Shown: one piece after another, positions 15,978 to 24,678 of the stretch
How the letters are laid out: every line of letters starts with the position of its first letter
Numbering within the stretch: the first letter of the stretch is position 1
Assembly: GCA_964402515.1 (NCBI GenBank)
Contig: CAYOCM010000002.1
Span: 4,669-68,668 of the forward strand
Direction of reading: 5' to 3'
DNA: 64,000 bases
DNA from: an uncultured Ruminococcus sp.
GTDB lineage: Bacteria > Bacillota > Clostridia > Oscillospirales > CAG-382
Made by a program: the position numbers and the translations under genes
The notes under the pieces: generated by a model
What the model saw: the letters and a program-made list of their open reading frames with translations, nothing else
Databases searched by the model: none
What the model was told of the DNA's origin: nothing

Positions 15978-18445
15978 TATTTCTCCTGTTTCCAGCGGAT
16001 AAAGAACAGTACTCCGGCAGCGATAACCGCAAGAATTATTATAATTATCGCAACAACGAGACCGGGGTTTGAGGAACCGTTATCATCGGTGCCCGAAGCG
16101 TTTTGATCGATCTCAAACTGCGCCTCGATAGTGTGGTCTGCCGTTACGCGCTCAAACGTATAGCTGTATACCGACTGACCCGCAACATCGGATATTGCCG
16201 TGCCGTCTATAAGAATGCTCTTTATAACATATCCTTCGTCGGCGACTATGCTGTATGTTGCCGAGCTGCCGGTGGTTACCGACTTGCTGCCCGCAGGGCT
16301 TATTTTGCCGCCGTCGGATGCGCTCGAAACTATGGTATAGCGCAGTTCGAGGCTTTCGCAGAATGTGACGTATTCGTCATTGAAATAATATACGCATATC
16401 CAGCCTTCGTTGTCGACAACGGCCTGATTTGCGGCGGCCGAACCGTCTGCCTTTGTGGGCGATGCAAGCGCCGAGTCTTTAAGCACGAGATAATCAAGCG
16501 TTTTGCCCGCGTATATCGCGCCCATGTTATAAGACAGCGTGGTGCCGTCGGGCCATATCACATATGCGGGCATTTGAATGGCAGCATAGTCTATATTGCC
16601 CACGGTTTGAGAGATATAATCGATTATGGTGTCAAATCCGTCGCCCGAACCGTCTATTGCAACCGCAAGGTCGATGTTTTCGCCGCTTACGGTTGCCGAC
16701 GAGCCCGCGGGTATAAATATTTTGATCTTATCGTTATAAAATACGCACGCCTTGCCGGTAGAAGCAAGCTTGTCGAATATTTCTTTTGAAACTTTGGTCT
16801 TTTGAGAAATATTAACGTATATCGTGTCGCGGCTCCAATCGACGTCGGTGACTTTGATGACATCGTCCGAGGGAGTGACAGTCGATTCTTGTTTTTTAAA
16901 CGTAACGTGTATATTTGAATTTGAGGATATTCCGCTCATCGTATAAGAGTTGCCGCTGATGTTGACAGCAACTCCGCCGACGGTGACGGTGTCGACGATA
17001 TATCCGGTGTCGGGCGCAAAAGTAAACCTGATGCTTTCGCCCGAAAGCACGCTGTTTTCACCCGAGGGATTGATAGAGCCGTGCTCACCCGCCGTGGCAT
17101 TGACGGTGAATACGGGAACGTCGGTTTGCATCGGTGTAAATTTGACCGCTATGCGCATATCGGCAGTGACCGCCGCTACGATATATTTGCCCTCTGAATT
17201 AAACGACTTTAAAACGCCGTCGATGCGGAACGTGTCAAGTTTATAGCCCAATGCGGGTTCGGCGGTTATCTCGAGCGCCGAATCTTTTGCAAACTGAGTG
17301 GGTGACGATATCTCGGTGCCGTTGATATAAAGTTTGCCGCCGCTCGAAACGCTGGGAGTGACGGTTATCGCCTGAGTAAATTCAACGTCGTATATAATGT
17401 CTTCGGTACCTATCTTAAGCGTAATGACATTATCTACCACCTGCGATGTAAGGTCTTCGGCGCCGAAAACGACAGACTTAAACATCCAATAATTGCCTTT
17501 TTCGCTTGTGGGCTCAAACTTAAACGTTATGTTGCTGTCAGCGGGATAATATCCCGTGCCGGGCACGACCTTGCCCGAACCGATAACATTAAACGTTACC
17601 TGAACGCCTTTGACAAATTCGGCAACGATATTCATGGGCGACTCGCCCGTGGTGACCTTAAGTTTGCCGTCTTTGACATCTGCGGTGCGGTCGGTGCCGT
17701 CTACGGTGACCGATTTAAGCACATAGCCCTCGGCGGCGGCAAAAGTCAATTCGAGTTCGGTAAGGGGATAATAAGAACCCTCGGCGGGAGTAACTGTGCC
17801 CTGACCGTTTACGGTAACGTTTATGGGTTGCATTTCTCCCATAGCAGTGGTTTCGACAGTGACCGTGTTGGTTTCGCCGACGGTGATTTCAAATTCGGTA
17901 CCCGCGACATCGGCATCGTTGAATTTGATGCCGCCTATGCGCATTCCTTCATCGGCAAAAACCGCAATCTTTGCTTTTGTGCCGAGGTTGGCTCTTGCGA
18001 CGGTGGTACCGTTGACGGTATAAGTAAATCCGCTGCCGACAAAAACTATGTCTCTGCCTACAGACGTGTCGTCTTTAAACCTGACCTCATAAGTGCGGTC
18101 GGCCATATCTTCGTCGGTGTATTCGTAGTTTGTTTTGCCGCTTACGCCCGGTATGCTTACGCCGCTGACTTTAAACGATTCTATCGACTTGTCGGTGTTT
18201 GATACCGCTTTTATGACCGCGGGAGTGCCTTTGGGTATCGTATAAACATTGTCAACTGGAGTGTATCCGTCGACAAACGCCGTGCCGCCCTCTCCGCATA
18301 TAACGGTTATGCTGTAAGTTTGGTCTGCTTGCGATGATTCATCGGGTTGCGACGGATCTTCTTCGGCAAAAACGCATTGTGCCGCAAGCGCAAACATAAA
18401 AACTGCGGCAAGCATTATTGCGACCGATCTTTTAAATCTGTTCAT
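15974..18445 (-). CDS. secreted, C-terminally anchored surface protein with multiple InlB B-repeat-like Ig modules
   Basis: Signal peptide MNRFKRSVAIMLAAVFMFALAAQCVFA. Repeated modules of the type GGKISPAGSKSVTTGSSATYSIVADEGYVIKSILIDG. C-terminal TM helix VVAIIIIILAVIAAGVLFFI followed by RWKQEKY. Confidence 0.75.
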   Translation of the reverse strand: MNRFKRSVAIMLAAVFMFALAAQCVFAEEDPSQPDESSQADQTYSITVICGEGGTAFVDGYTPVDNVYTIPKGTPAVIKAVSNTDKSIESFKVSGVSIPGVSGKTNYEYTDEDMADRTYEVRFKDDTSVGRDIVFVGSGFTYTVNGTTVARANLGTKAKIAVFADEGMRIGGIKFNDADVAGTEFEITVGETNTVTVETTAMGEMQPINVTVNGQGTVTPAEGSYYPLTELELTFAAAEGYVLKSVTVDGTDRTADVKDGKLKVTTGESPMNIVAEFVKGVQVTFNVIGSGKVVPGTGYYPADSNITFKFEPTSEKGNYWMFKSVVFGAEDLTSQVVDNVITLKIGTEDIIYDVEFTQAITVTPSVSSGGKLYINGTEISSPTQFAKDSALEITAEPALGYKLDTFRIDGVLKSFNSEGKYIVAAVTADMRIAVKFTPMQTDVPVFTVNATAGEHGSINPSGENSVLSGESIRFTFAPDTGYIVDTVTVGGVAVNISGNSYTMSGISSNSNIHVTFKKQESTVTPSDDVIKVTDVDWSRDTIYVNISQKTKVSKEIFDKLASTGKACVFYNDKIKIFIPAGSSATVSGENIDLAVAIDGSGDGFDTIIDYISQTVGNIDYAAIQMPAYVIWPDGTTLSYNMGAIYAGKTLDYLVLKDSALASPTKADGSAAANQAVVDNEGWICVYYFNDEYVTFCESLELRYTIVSSASDGGKISPAGSKSVTTGSSATYSIVADEGYVIKSILIDGTAISDVAGQSVYSYTFERVTADHTIEAQFEIDQNASGTDDNGSSNPGLVVAIIIIILAVIAAGVLFFIRWKQEKY

Positions 18446-18494
18446 ATAAACAACCTCCGTGGTAATTGATTAACAATCAAATGATCTGTTTTGC

Positions 18495-18523
18495 TTGACT
18501 TGATGCAAAAATAGTGATATACT
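18495..18523 (+). promoter_or_regulatory. sigma-A-type promoter for proS
   Basis: TTGACT (18495-18500), 17-nt spacer, TATACT (18518-18523). Confidence 0.55.
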
Positions 18524-18536
18524 TTTACATCATCAT

Positions 18537-18565
18537 ATTATACACGGTTTTGACGGTTTTTGCAA
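18537..18565 (-). promoter_or_regulatory. sigma-A-type promoter for the InlB-repeat operon
   Basis: Read on the minus strand: TTGCAA (18565-18560), 17-nt spacer, TATAAT (18542-18537). It lies back to back with the proS promoter. Confidence 0.55.
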
Positions 18566-18636
18566 TACCGTGCTTAACTTTTGATTATTTTTATTTTTTG
18601 GCATTAATTTTGACGCAAAGAAAGGAACTTTTTAAA

Positions 18637-20067
18637 ATGGCCGACAAAAAACTGGTAGAGCAGATCACGTCGATGGACGAGGATTTTGCAAAATGGTATA
18701 CCGACATAGTCAAAAAAGCCGAGTTAATCGAATACACCAGCATAAAAGGCTGCATGGTCATCAGGCCTTACGGCTATGCGATATGGGAGAATATTCAGCA
18801 TATTCTTGACGGAATGTTTAAGGCAACCGGACACGAAAATGTATGTATGCCTATGTTTATTCCCGAATCGCTCTTGCAAAAAGAAAAAGATCACGTCAAG
18901 GGTTTTGCCCCCGAGGTGGCATGGGTCACCATGGGCGGCAGCGAAGTGCTTGAAGACAGGCTGTGCGTGCGCCCGACATCCGAGACGCTGTTTTGCGAGC
19001 ATTATGCGAACGTGGTGCATTCATACCGCGACCTGCCCAAAAAATACAACCAGTGGGTAAGCGTTGTAAGATGGGAAAAAACCACCCGCCCGTTTTTGCG
19101 CAGCCGCGAATTTCTGTGGCAAGAGGGACACACGATTCACGAAACGCGTCAAGAGGCAGAGTTTGAAACAAAGCAGATGCTTGATATATATGCCGAATTC
19201 TGTGAAAAATCACTGGCAATGCCCGTGGTCAAAGGCCGAAAGACCGAAAGCGACAAGTTTGCCGGTGCGGTCGACACATACGCCATCGAGGCGCTTATGC
19301 ACGACGGCAAGGCTTTGCAGGCGGGCACCAGCCACTTTTTCGGTGACGGATTCGCAAAAGCCTTCGGCATTCAGTTTACGGGCAGAGACAATAAAAAGAA
19401 TTATCCTTTCCAAACCTCGTGGGGCGTTTCCACAAGGCTTATCGGCGGCATAATAATGACGCACGGCGACGACAACGGATTGGTTTTGCCGCCCGCGATC
19501 GCGCCGATTCAGGTCGTTATTATCCCCATCGCATTCCACAAACCCGGTGTGCTTGAAAAATGCGCCGAGCTTAAAGACGCGCTTTCAAAACAATACCGCG
19601 TCAAACTCGACGACAGCGATCAGTCGGCGGGTTGGAAGTTCAGCGAATACGAGATGAAGGGCGTTCCCCTGCGTATAGAAGTCGGTCCGCGTGACCTCGA
19701 GCAAGGTGTCTGCGTTATCGCAACGCGCGCCGACGGCAGCAAAGAGACCGTTTCGCTTGACGGCATAGTCGAGACGGTCGGCCTGAAACTGCAACAGGCA
19801 CACGAGATTATGTATCAAAAAGCGCTTGACAACCGTGCGCGCCGCACTTTTGACTGCGAAACGTTGCAGCAGATAATCGACACGCGCGCCGAACACGGCG
19901 ACGGCTTTATCAGAGCCGACTGGTGCGGCGACGAAGAATGCGAATCCGCGGTCAAAGACAAAACCGGTGTAGGCTCGCGCTGTATAATATCCGATCAAAC
20001 AGAAGGCAAGTGTGTTTGCTGCGGCAAGCAGGCAAAGCACAAGGTACTTTGGGCGGTTGCATATTGA
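18637..20067 (+). CDS. proS: proline--tRNA ligase (archaeal/eukaryote-like short form)
   Basis: [51 protein letters not shown] is typical of type 3 ProRS, and there is a C-terminal zinc motif C..C...C..C. ATG 18637 is preferred over the track start at 18514. Confidence 0.9.
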   Translation: MADKKLVEQITSMDEDFAKWYTDIVKKAELIEYTSIKGCMVIRPYGYAIWENIQHILDGMFKATGHENVCMPMFIPESLLQKEKDHVKGFAPEVAWVTMGGSEVLEDRLCVRPTSETLFCEHYANVVHSYRDLPKKYNQWVSVVRWEKTTRPFLRSREFLWQEGHTIHETRQEAEFETKQMLDIYAEFCEKSLAMPVVKGRKTESDKFAGAVDTYAIEALMHDGKALQAGTSHFFGDGFAKAFGIQFTGRDNKKNYPFQTSWGVSTRLIGGIIMTHGDDNGLVLPPAIAPIQVVIIPIAFHKPGVLEKCAELKDALSKQYRVKLDDSDQSAGWKFSEYEMKGVPLRIEVGPRDLEQGVCVIATRADGSKETVSLDGIVETVGLKLQQAHEIMYQKALDNRARRTFDCETLQQIIDTRAEHGDGFIRADWCGDEECESAVKDKTGVGSRCIISDQTEGKCVCCGKQAKHKVLWAVAY

Positions 20068-20070
20068 CGC

Positions 20071-20104
20071 AAAAAAAGAGCAGGCCGCGGCTTGCTCTTT
20101 TTTG
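20071..20104. terminator. bidirectional terminator between proS and fur
   Basis: AGAGCAGGC (20077-20085) pairs with GCTTGCTCT (20090-20098) around the loop CGCG, flanked by A7 and T6. Confidence 0.8.
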
Positions 20105-20108
20105 AAAC

Positions 20109-20492
20109 TCAGTGCCGTTCGTCGGATTTTTTGCATCGGCTGCAATAGCCGTTGTAAATTATCTGGCGCTCGATTATAAGATAATCTGTGGTTATGTCGT
20201 TTTTGGGCAGGTCACCCTCGGCAAAATCAAACACTTTGCCGCATTTTATGCAATAAAAATGGCTGTGATCCGAGATGTCGGGATCAAATCTGTCGGGAGA
20301 ACCCGGCGAAATTATGCGCCTGATCTCACCCGATTCGGCCAAATAACCCAGATTGCGATATACCGTGGCAAGACTCACATCCGGCATAAACGGCACGACG
20401 GTTTCATAAACCTGCTCTGCCGTGGGATGATCGCTTCTGTCCGAAAGCACCTTCCTGATCACATCGCGTTGCTTTGTGTTGCGTCTTATCAT
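20109..20492 (-). CDS. Fur family transcriptional regulator
   Basis: NTKQRDVIRKVL...HPTAEQVY...LATVYRNL winged helix, plus HSHFYCIKCGK and CSRC metal sites. ATG 20492 has AAGGA upstream, whereas the track start at 20510 is TTG. Confidence 0.85.
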   Translation of the reverse strand: MIRRNTKQRDVIRKVLSDRSDHPTAEQVYETVVPFMPDVSLATVYRNLGYLAESGEIRRIISPGSPDRFDPDISDHSHFYCIKCGKVFDFAEGDLPKNDITTDYLIIERQIIYNGYCSRCKKSDERH

Positions 20493-20507
20493 AACCGATT
20501 TCCTTAT

Positions 20508-20522
20508 CAATAATTATTATCA
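20508..20522. promoter_or_regulatory. Fur-box-like 7-1-7 inverted repeat
   Basis: CAATAAT-T-ATTATCA compared with the consensus TGATAAT-N-ATTATCA: the right half matches 7/7 and the left half 5/7. It sits in the 87-bp divergent fur/ygiQ region. Confidence 0.5.
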
Positions 20523-20579
20523 AGTGCAATATATCATACTTTAAACCGTTTGTCAACATTTTTATCAAGGAGCGTAAAA

Positions 20580-22412
20580 ATGCCTTTTTTGCCGCTTACA
20601 CCGGATGAATTGAATCAAACGCCCGATTTTATCATAGTTACGGGCGACGCATATGTAGACCATCCGTCTTTCGGCACCGCCGTTATCGGCAGGGTGCTTG
20701 AGGACGCGGGATTTGTCGTGGCCGTGATCGCACAGCCGGATTGGCATTCGACCGAAGATATCAAAAAGTTCGGTATGCCGCGTTTGGCGTTTTTGGTAAA
20801 TTCGGGCAATGTCGACAGCATGGTTGCTCATTATACCGTGGCAAAAAAACGCCGATCGGACGATTATTATTCGCCGGGTGGCGTCGCCGGCAAGCGCCCC
20901 GACCGTGCGGTAACCGTCTATTGCAACCTGATAAGACAGGCGTTTGGCAAAGTGCCCGTTATCATAGGCGGGGTTGAGGCGTCAACACGGCGTTTTGCGC
21001 ACTATGACTATTGGACCGACAAGCTCAGACACAGCATACTTATAGACAGCGGTGCCGATCTTTTAACATACGGCATGGGCGAAAATATTCTGCGGCGCAT
21101 AGCGTTTTTGCTTGACAAGGGCGTGCCGATAAACAAGATACGCGATGTTAAAGGCACCTGTTTTGTTGAAAAAGCGGGATATATTCCCAAGGGCGACTGC
21201 GAATATTGCGGCGAGTTTGAAGATCTTTGCAAAGACAAAAAACTGTTTGCCGAGGCATTTAAGGTACAGTATCGCAATCAGGATGCATACCGCGGCAAAA
21301 TCTTGATCGAATGCTACGGTGACAGGGTGGTCGTGCATAATCCGCCCATGCCTCCGCTGACTCAAAAAGAACTTGACAAGGTTTATGAATTGCCGTACGA
21401 GCGTAATTATCATCCTTATTATAAGCGATTCGGCGGTGTTCCGGCCGTTGACGAGGTGAAATTTTCGATAACGCATTGCCGCGGCTGTTACGGCAACTGC
21501 AATTTTTGCTCGATAGCGTTTACTCAGGGACGCACCGTTGTTTCGCGCTCGATACAAAGTGTTGTGCGGGAAACAGAAATTTTGACAAAACTTGACGGCT
21601 TCAAAGGATATATACACGATGTCGGCGGCCCGACGGCAAATTTTGCCGCGCCGATATGCGCAAATCAAGAGGCGGGAAGCCCCTGCCCAAACAAAGAGTG
21701 CCTTTATCCGTCAAAATGCAAAAACGCCGTTGCCGATCATTCGCGCTATCTTGAAATGCTGAGAGCGGTAAAAAACGTCAAAGGCGTAAAAAAAGTGTTT
21801 GTAAGGTCGGGAATCAGGCACGATTTTGTCAACGCCGACAAAAACGACGAGTTTATAACCGAGCTTGCGCTTTATCACACGGGCGGTCAGTTGCGACTTG
21901 CGCCCGAGCACGTCTCGCAAAGCGTTTTAACTGCCATGGGCAAGCCGCCGTTTGCCGAGTATGAAAAGTTTAAAGCCAAATTCGATGCAATATCAAAACA
22001 GCACGGCAAAGAGCAATATGTGTTGCCTTATCTTATGTCCTCGCACCCGGGCAGCACTATGGGTTGTGCTTTGGAATTGGCGCTTTATCTGCGCAAAAAC
22101 CGCATAAAGCCCGAACAGGTACAGGATTTTTATCCTACACCGGGAACCGCGAGCACCTGTATGTTTTACAGCGGCATAGATCCTTTCACGGGCAAAAACG
22201 TTTTTGTGCCGCGCTCGCCGAAGCAAAAAGCAATGCAAAGAGCTTTGCTGCAGACCTATGACTCAAAAAACGAGCCTCTTATCAGGCAGGCGCTTGCCGA
22301 ATTGGGCAGACAAGACCTCGAACCGTTTTTGCTACCCAAAAAGCAAGCGGGCAACAATAAGAACAAAAGCAAAAAAGCGCCCCGAAAATCGCACGACAAA
22401 AAACGTAAATAA
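20580..22412 (+). CDS. ygiQ: YgiQ family radical SAM protein (UPF0313)
   Basis: MPFLPLTPDEL...PDFIIVTGDAYVDHPSFGTAVIGRVLE matches the YgiQ N-terminus, the radical-SAM cluster is CRGCYGNCNFC, and the C-terminal tail is Lys-rich. Confidence 0.85.
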   Translation: MPFLPLTPDELNQTPDFIIVTGDAYVDHPSFGTAVIGRVLEDAGFVVAVIAQPDWHSTEDIKKFGMPRLAFLVNSGNVDSMVAHYTVAKKRRSDDYYSPGGVAGKRPDRAVTVYCNLIRQAFGKVPVIIGGVEASTRRFAHYDYWTDKLRHSILIDSGADLLTYGMGENILRRIAFLLDKGVPINKIRDVKGTCFVEKAGYIPKGDCEYCGEFEDLCKDKKLFAEAFKVQYRNQDAYRGKILIECYGDRVVVHNPPMPPLTQKELDKVYELPYERNYHPYYKRFGGVPAVDEVKFSITHCRGCYGNCNFCSIAFTQGRTVVSRSIQSVVRETEILTKLDGFKGYIHDVGGPTANFAAPICANQEAGSPCPNKECLYPSKCKNAVADHSRYLEMLRAVKNVKGVKKVFVRSGIRHDFVNADKNDEFITELALYHTGGQLRLAPEHVSQSVLTAMGKPPFAEYEKFKAKFDAISKQHGKEQYVLPYLMSSHPGSTMGCALELALYLRKNRIKPEQVQDFYPTPGTASTCMFYSGIDPFTGKNVFVPRSPKQKAMQRALLQTYDSKNEPLIRQALAELGRQDLEPFLLPKKQAGNNKNKSKKAPRKSHDKKRK

Positions 22413-22437
22413 ATGACATATTAATGCAAATAAATGC

Positions 22438-22478
22438 AAAAACGGCTGTTTTAACGTGTTTTTAAACAGCCGTTTTTT
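22438..22478 (+). terminator. rho-independent terminator after ygiQ
   Basis: AAACGGCTGTTT pairs with AAACAGCCGTTT around a 12-nt loop, followed by TTTT. Confidence 0.75.
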
Positions 22479-22625
22479 GCGTGCTTTGTGCGATTTTGCC
22501 CACAATTTAGGGCAAAAAGCGTTGTTTTGCTCGACTTGCTGCGACATTAATCGACAAAAACACCCGTTTTAAAACAATCAATATTTGGCGTAAAATAAAA
22601 AAACGTGTTTTTTTGCGGCGCAAGA

Positions 22626-22652
22626 TGACGAACGAATATATTCACTGTCGAA
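22626..22652 (+). promoter_or_regulatory. two 0A-box matches (TGNCGAA) upstream of spo0A
   Basis: TGACGAA at 22626-22632 and TGTCGAA at 22646-22652, about 40-70 nt upstream of the predicted -35. Confidence 0.45.
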
Positions 22653-22693
22653 ACATTCTATGTTTGTTATAGCCAAAATTCGTCCTTTTTCGT

Positions 22694-22722
22694 TTGCCAT
22701 TTTTTGCCAAATATGCTAAAAT
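22694..22722 (+). promoter_or_regulatory. sigma-A-type promoter for spo0A
   Basis: TTGCCA (22694-22699), 17-nt spacer, TAAAAT (22717-22722). Confidence 0.5.
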
Positions 22723-22774
22723 CGAGGCAAATCAAGGCAAGCAACGCTTGCGACAGTACGAAAGGAATATTATT

Positions 22775-23560
22775 ATGGAAAAAGCACAACAAAAAGCTCG
22801 GGTGCTGATTGCCGACAACAGCAACGAATTCAGAAGCGCATGTGCGCAACAACTCAGGCGCAGGGGCGTCGAAATAGTTGGCGAGGCGGCCGACGGTCAA
22901 GAGGCGTTCGGCAAAATAGCGCGCTGCAAACCCAACATAGTCATCACCGACCTTTACCTGTCAAAGCTCGACGGTGTTGGACTGATCAAAGAATGCAAAA
23001 AACAAATGGGCGAAAATTTTCCGTCATTCATCGTTCTTTCGCCGTTTGTGGCAACCAATCTGTTTGAAGAATGCTGTGAAAACGGAGCGGCATACTGCAT
23101 GTTAAAGCCGCTCGACTATAACGGCATAGCCGACCGCATATCAAGACTTTGCGAAAAAGGCCGCAAAGCAGGCAGTGCTTCGGTGCCCGCGCGTGACGAT
23201 TTTGATCTCGAGGCGCAGGTGACAAAAGTTATACATCAAATAGGCGTGCCCGCACACATAAAAGGATATCAGTATCTGCGCACCGCCATAATAATGACGG
23301 TCGACGACAACGATGCGATAAACGCGGTGACAAAGGTACTTTATCCCACGGTGGCAAAACTTTACGGAACCACCTCGAGCAGAGTTGAAAGAGCCATACG
23401 CCACGCAATAGAAGTCGCATGGGACAGAGGCGATGTCGATACGCTCAACAGTTATTTCGGATATACCATTCAAACAGGTCGCGGCAAACCGACAAACTCT
23501 GAATTTATCGCGATGATAGCCGACAATCTGAGACTTAAAAACCGCGTTGCCGCAATATAA
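22775..23560 (+). CDS. spo0A: sporulation master regulator Spo0A
   Basis: A receiver domain is followed by the diagnostic Spo0A effector region [17 protein letters not shown]...[18 protein letters not shown]...[17 protein letters not shown]. Confidence 0.95.
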   Translation: MEKAQQKARVLIADNSNEFRSACAQQLRRRGVEIVGEAADGQEAFGKIARCKPNIVITDLYLSKLDGVGLIKECKKQMGENFPSFIVLSPFVATNLFEECCENGAAYCMLKPLDYNGIADRISRLCEKGRKAGSASVPARDDFDLEAQVTKVIHQIGVPAHIKGYQYLRTAIIMTVDDNDAINAVTKVLYPTVAKLYGTTSSRVERAIRHAIEVAWDRGDVDTLNSYFGYTIQTGRGKPTNSEFIAMIADNLRLKNRVAAI

Positions 23561-23598
23561 AAAGCGACCCTCCGAAAAGAGAGCCGCACTGCAAAAGT

Positions 23599-24522
23599 CT
23601 ATACAAGCATGCAAAGCAAAGGAATAGTCAGTCCGCAAAGCACGTCGGCGGCAAGCACGTCGGCGGCTGCGGCGGCGCGGTCGCCGTCGAATATTTCGGC
23701 AAGCGACTGAACGAGCGCCGCGGTGGGACAGCAACACAGTATAAAAACCGTGGTGCGTATCTCTTGCGACAACGGCAAAAGATGCATTATTCCGAGCACC
23801 GCAAGCGGCAACAGCACCAATTTTATCGCCATGGTCACATATACACTTGTTGACGTAAATATTTTTTTAAGATCAGAAACGGCAAGCCGCATTCCGCACA
23901 CAAACATACACAGCGGCAGACTTATTCTGCCCATAAGTTCTACGGGTTCGGCAATCACCGACGGCAAAGCGGTGCCCGTTATAAACAGCGGCAATACTAC
24001 GGCAAGCGCGGCAACGTTGGGGCACAACAAAGCCTTTACGGGCCGCATATATTTTTTTTCGCCGGTCATAACAAACAGACCTACGGTCCATGCCACCGCA
24101 TTCATACTGACGGCAAGCACCGCGGCATACACCACCGCCTGCGGATATTCCGGCAAAAGCGTTTCGAGCAACGGAGTACCGAAAAATCCGAAATTGCCAA
24201 ACACCCCCGCAACTGTCGCTATGCGGTATGCCGACTCGTTCTGCTTACGTCTGAATATAAATTTAAGCAAAAATATCGCACCGACTTGGGCTATCAGCGT
24301 TATGACAAAAAACAGCGCAAGGCTCGGCAGAAGCTCTCCCGAATATTCTATCACCTTGTTAAACGAATAAAGCTCAAGGCAAGGCTGACATATATACATC
24401 AATATCTTTGACAGATCTTTTGTGCAATCCGCGCCGATGACCTTAAATTTAACAAAAAAATATCCCGGCAAGGCATAAACAAGCATCAAAAGCACTTTTA
24501 TCAGCGTTGTATCAAACGGCAT
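23599..24522 (-). CDS. AEC (auxin efflux carrier) family transporter
   Basis: About 10 TM segments with an AEC-like N-terminus (LLMLVYALPGYFFVKFKVIG). GGGAG lies 9 nt upstream of ATG 24522. Confidence 0.7.
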   Translation of the reverse strand: MPFDTTLIKVLLMLVYALPGYFFVKFKVIGADCTKDLSKILMYICQPCLELYSFNKVIEYSGELLPSLALFFVITLIAQVGAIFLLKFIFRRKQNESAYRIATVAGVFGNFGFFGTPLLETLLPEYPQAVVYAAVLAVSMNAVAWTVGLFVMTGEKKYMRPVKALLCPNVAALAVVLPLFITGTALPSVIAEPVELMGRISLPLCMFVCGMRLAVSDLKKIFTSTSVYVTMAIKLVLLPLAVLGIMHLLPLSQEIRTTVFILCCCPTAALVQSLAEIFDGDRAAAAADVLAADVLCGLTIPLLCMLV

Positions 24523-24598
24523 GGCTGGTATCTCCCTAATCGACCGATCTGTAATGCTGTTATATTTTAGCACACCTGTCTCAAAAAAGCAACCGCAC

Positions 24599-24628
24599 TT
24601 GACAACACGGGCAAAAGTATGTTATATA
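24599..24628 (+). promoter_or_regulatory. sigma-A-type promoter for the glucosaminidase gene
   Basis: TTGACA (24599-24604), 17-18 nt spacer, TATATA (24623-24628). Confidence 0.5.
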
Positions 24629-24678
24629 TGATTGAGTATTTATTTTTTTCGGACGGCTTTTATTACGAGAGGAAACAT

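Noticed and set aside
18524-18636. Possible T-box or attenuator in the proS leader. A CACGGT/ACCGTG hairpin at 18543-18571 is followed by a T-rich sequence.
   Set aside because: The leader is only about 107 nt. It has no specifier-loop or T-box consensus sequence, and the stem is only 6 bp with a 17-nt loop. That is not enough to call a riboswitch or attenuator.
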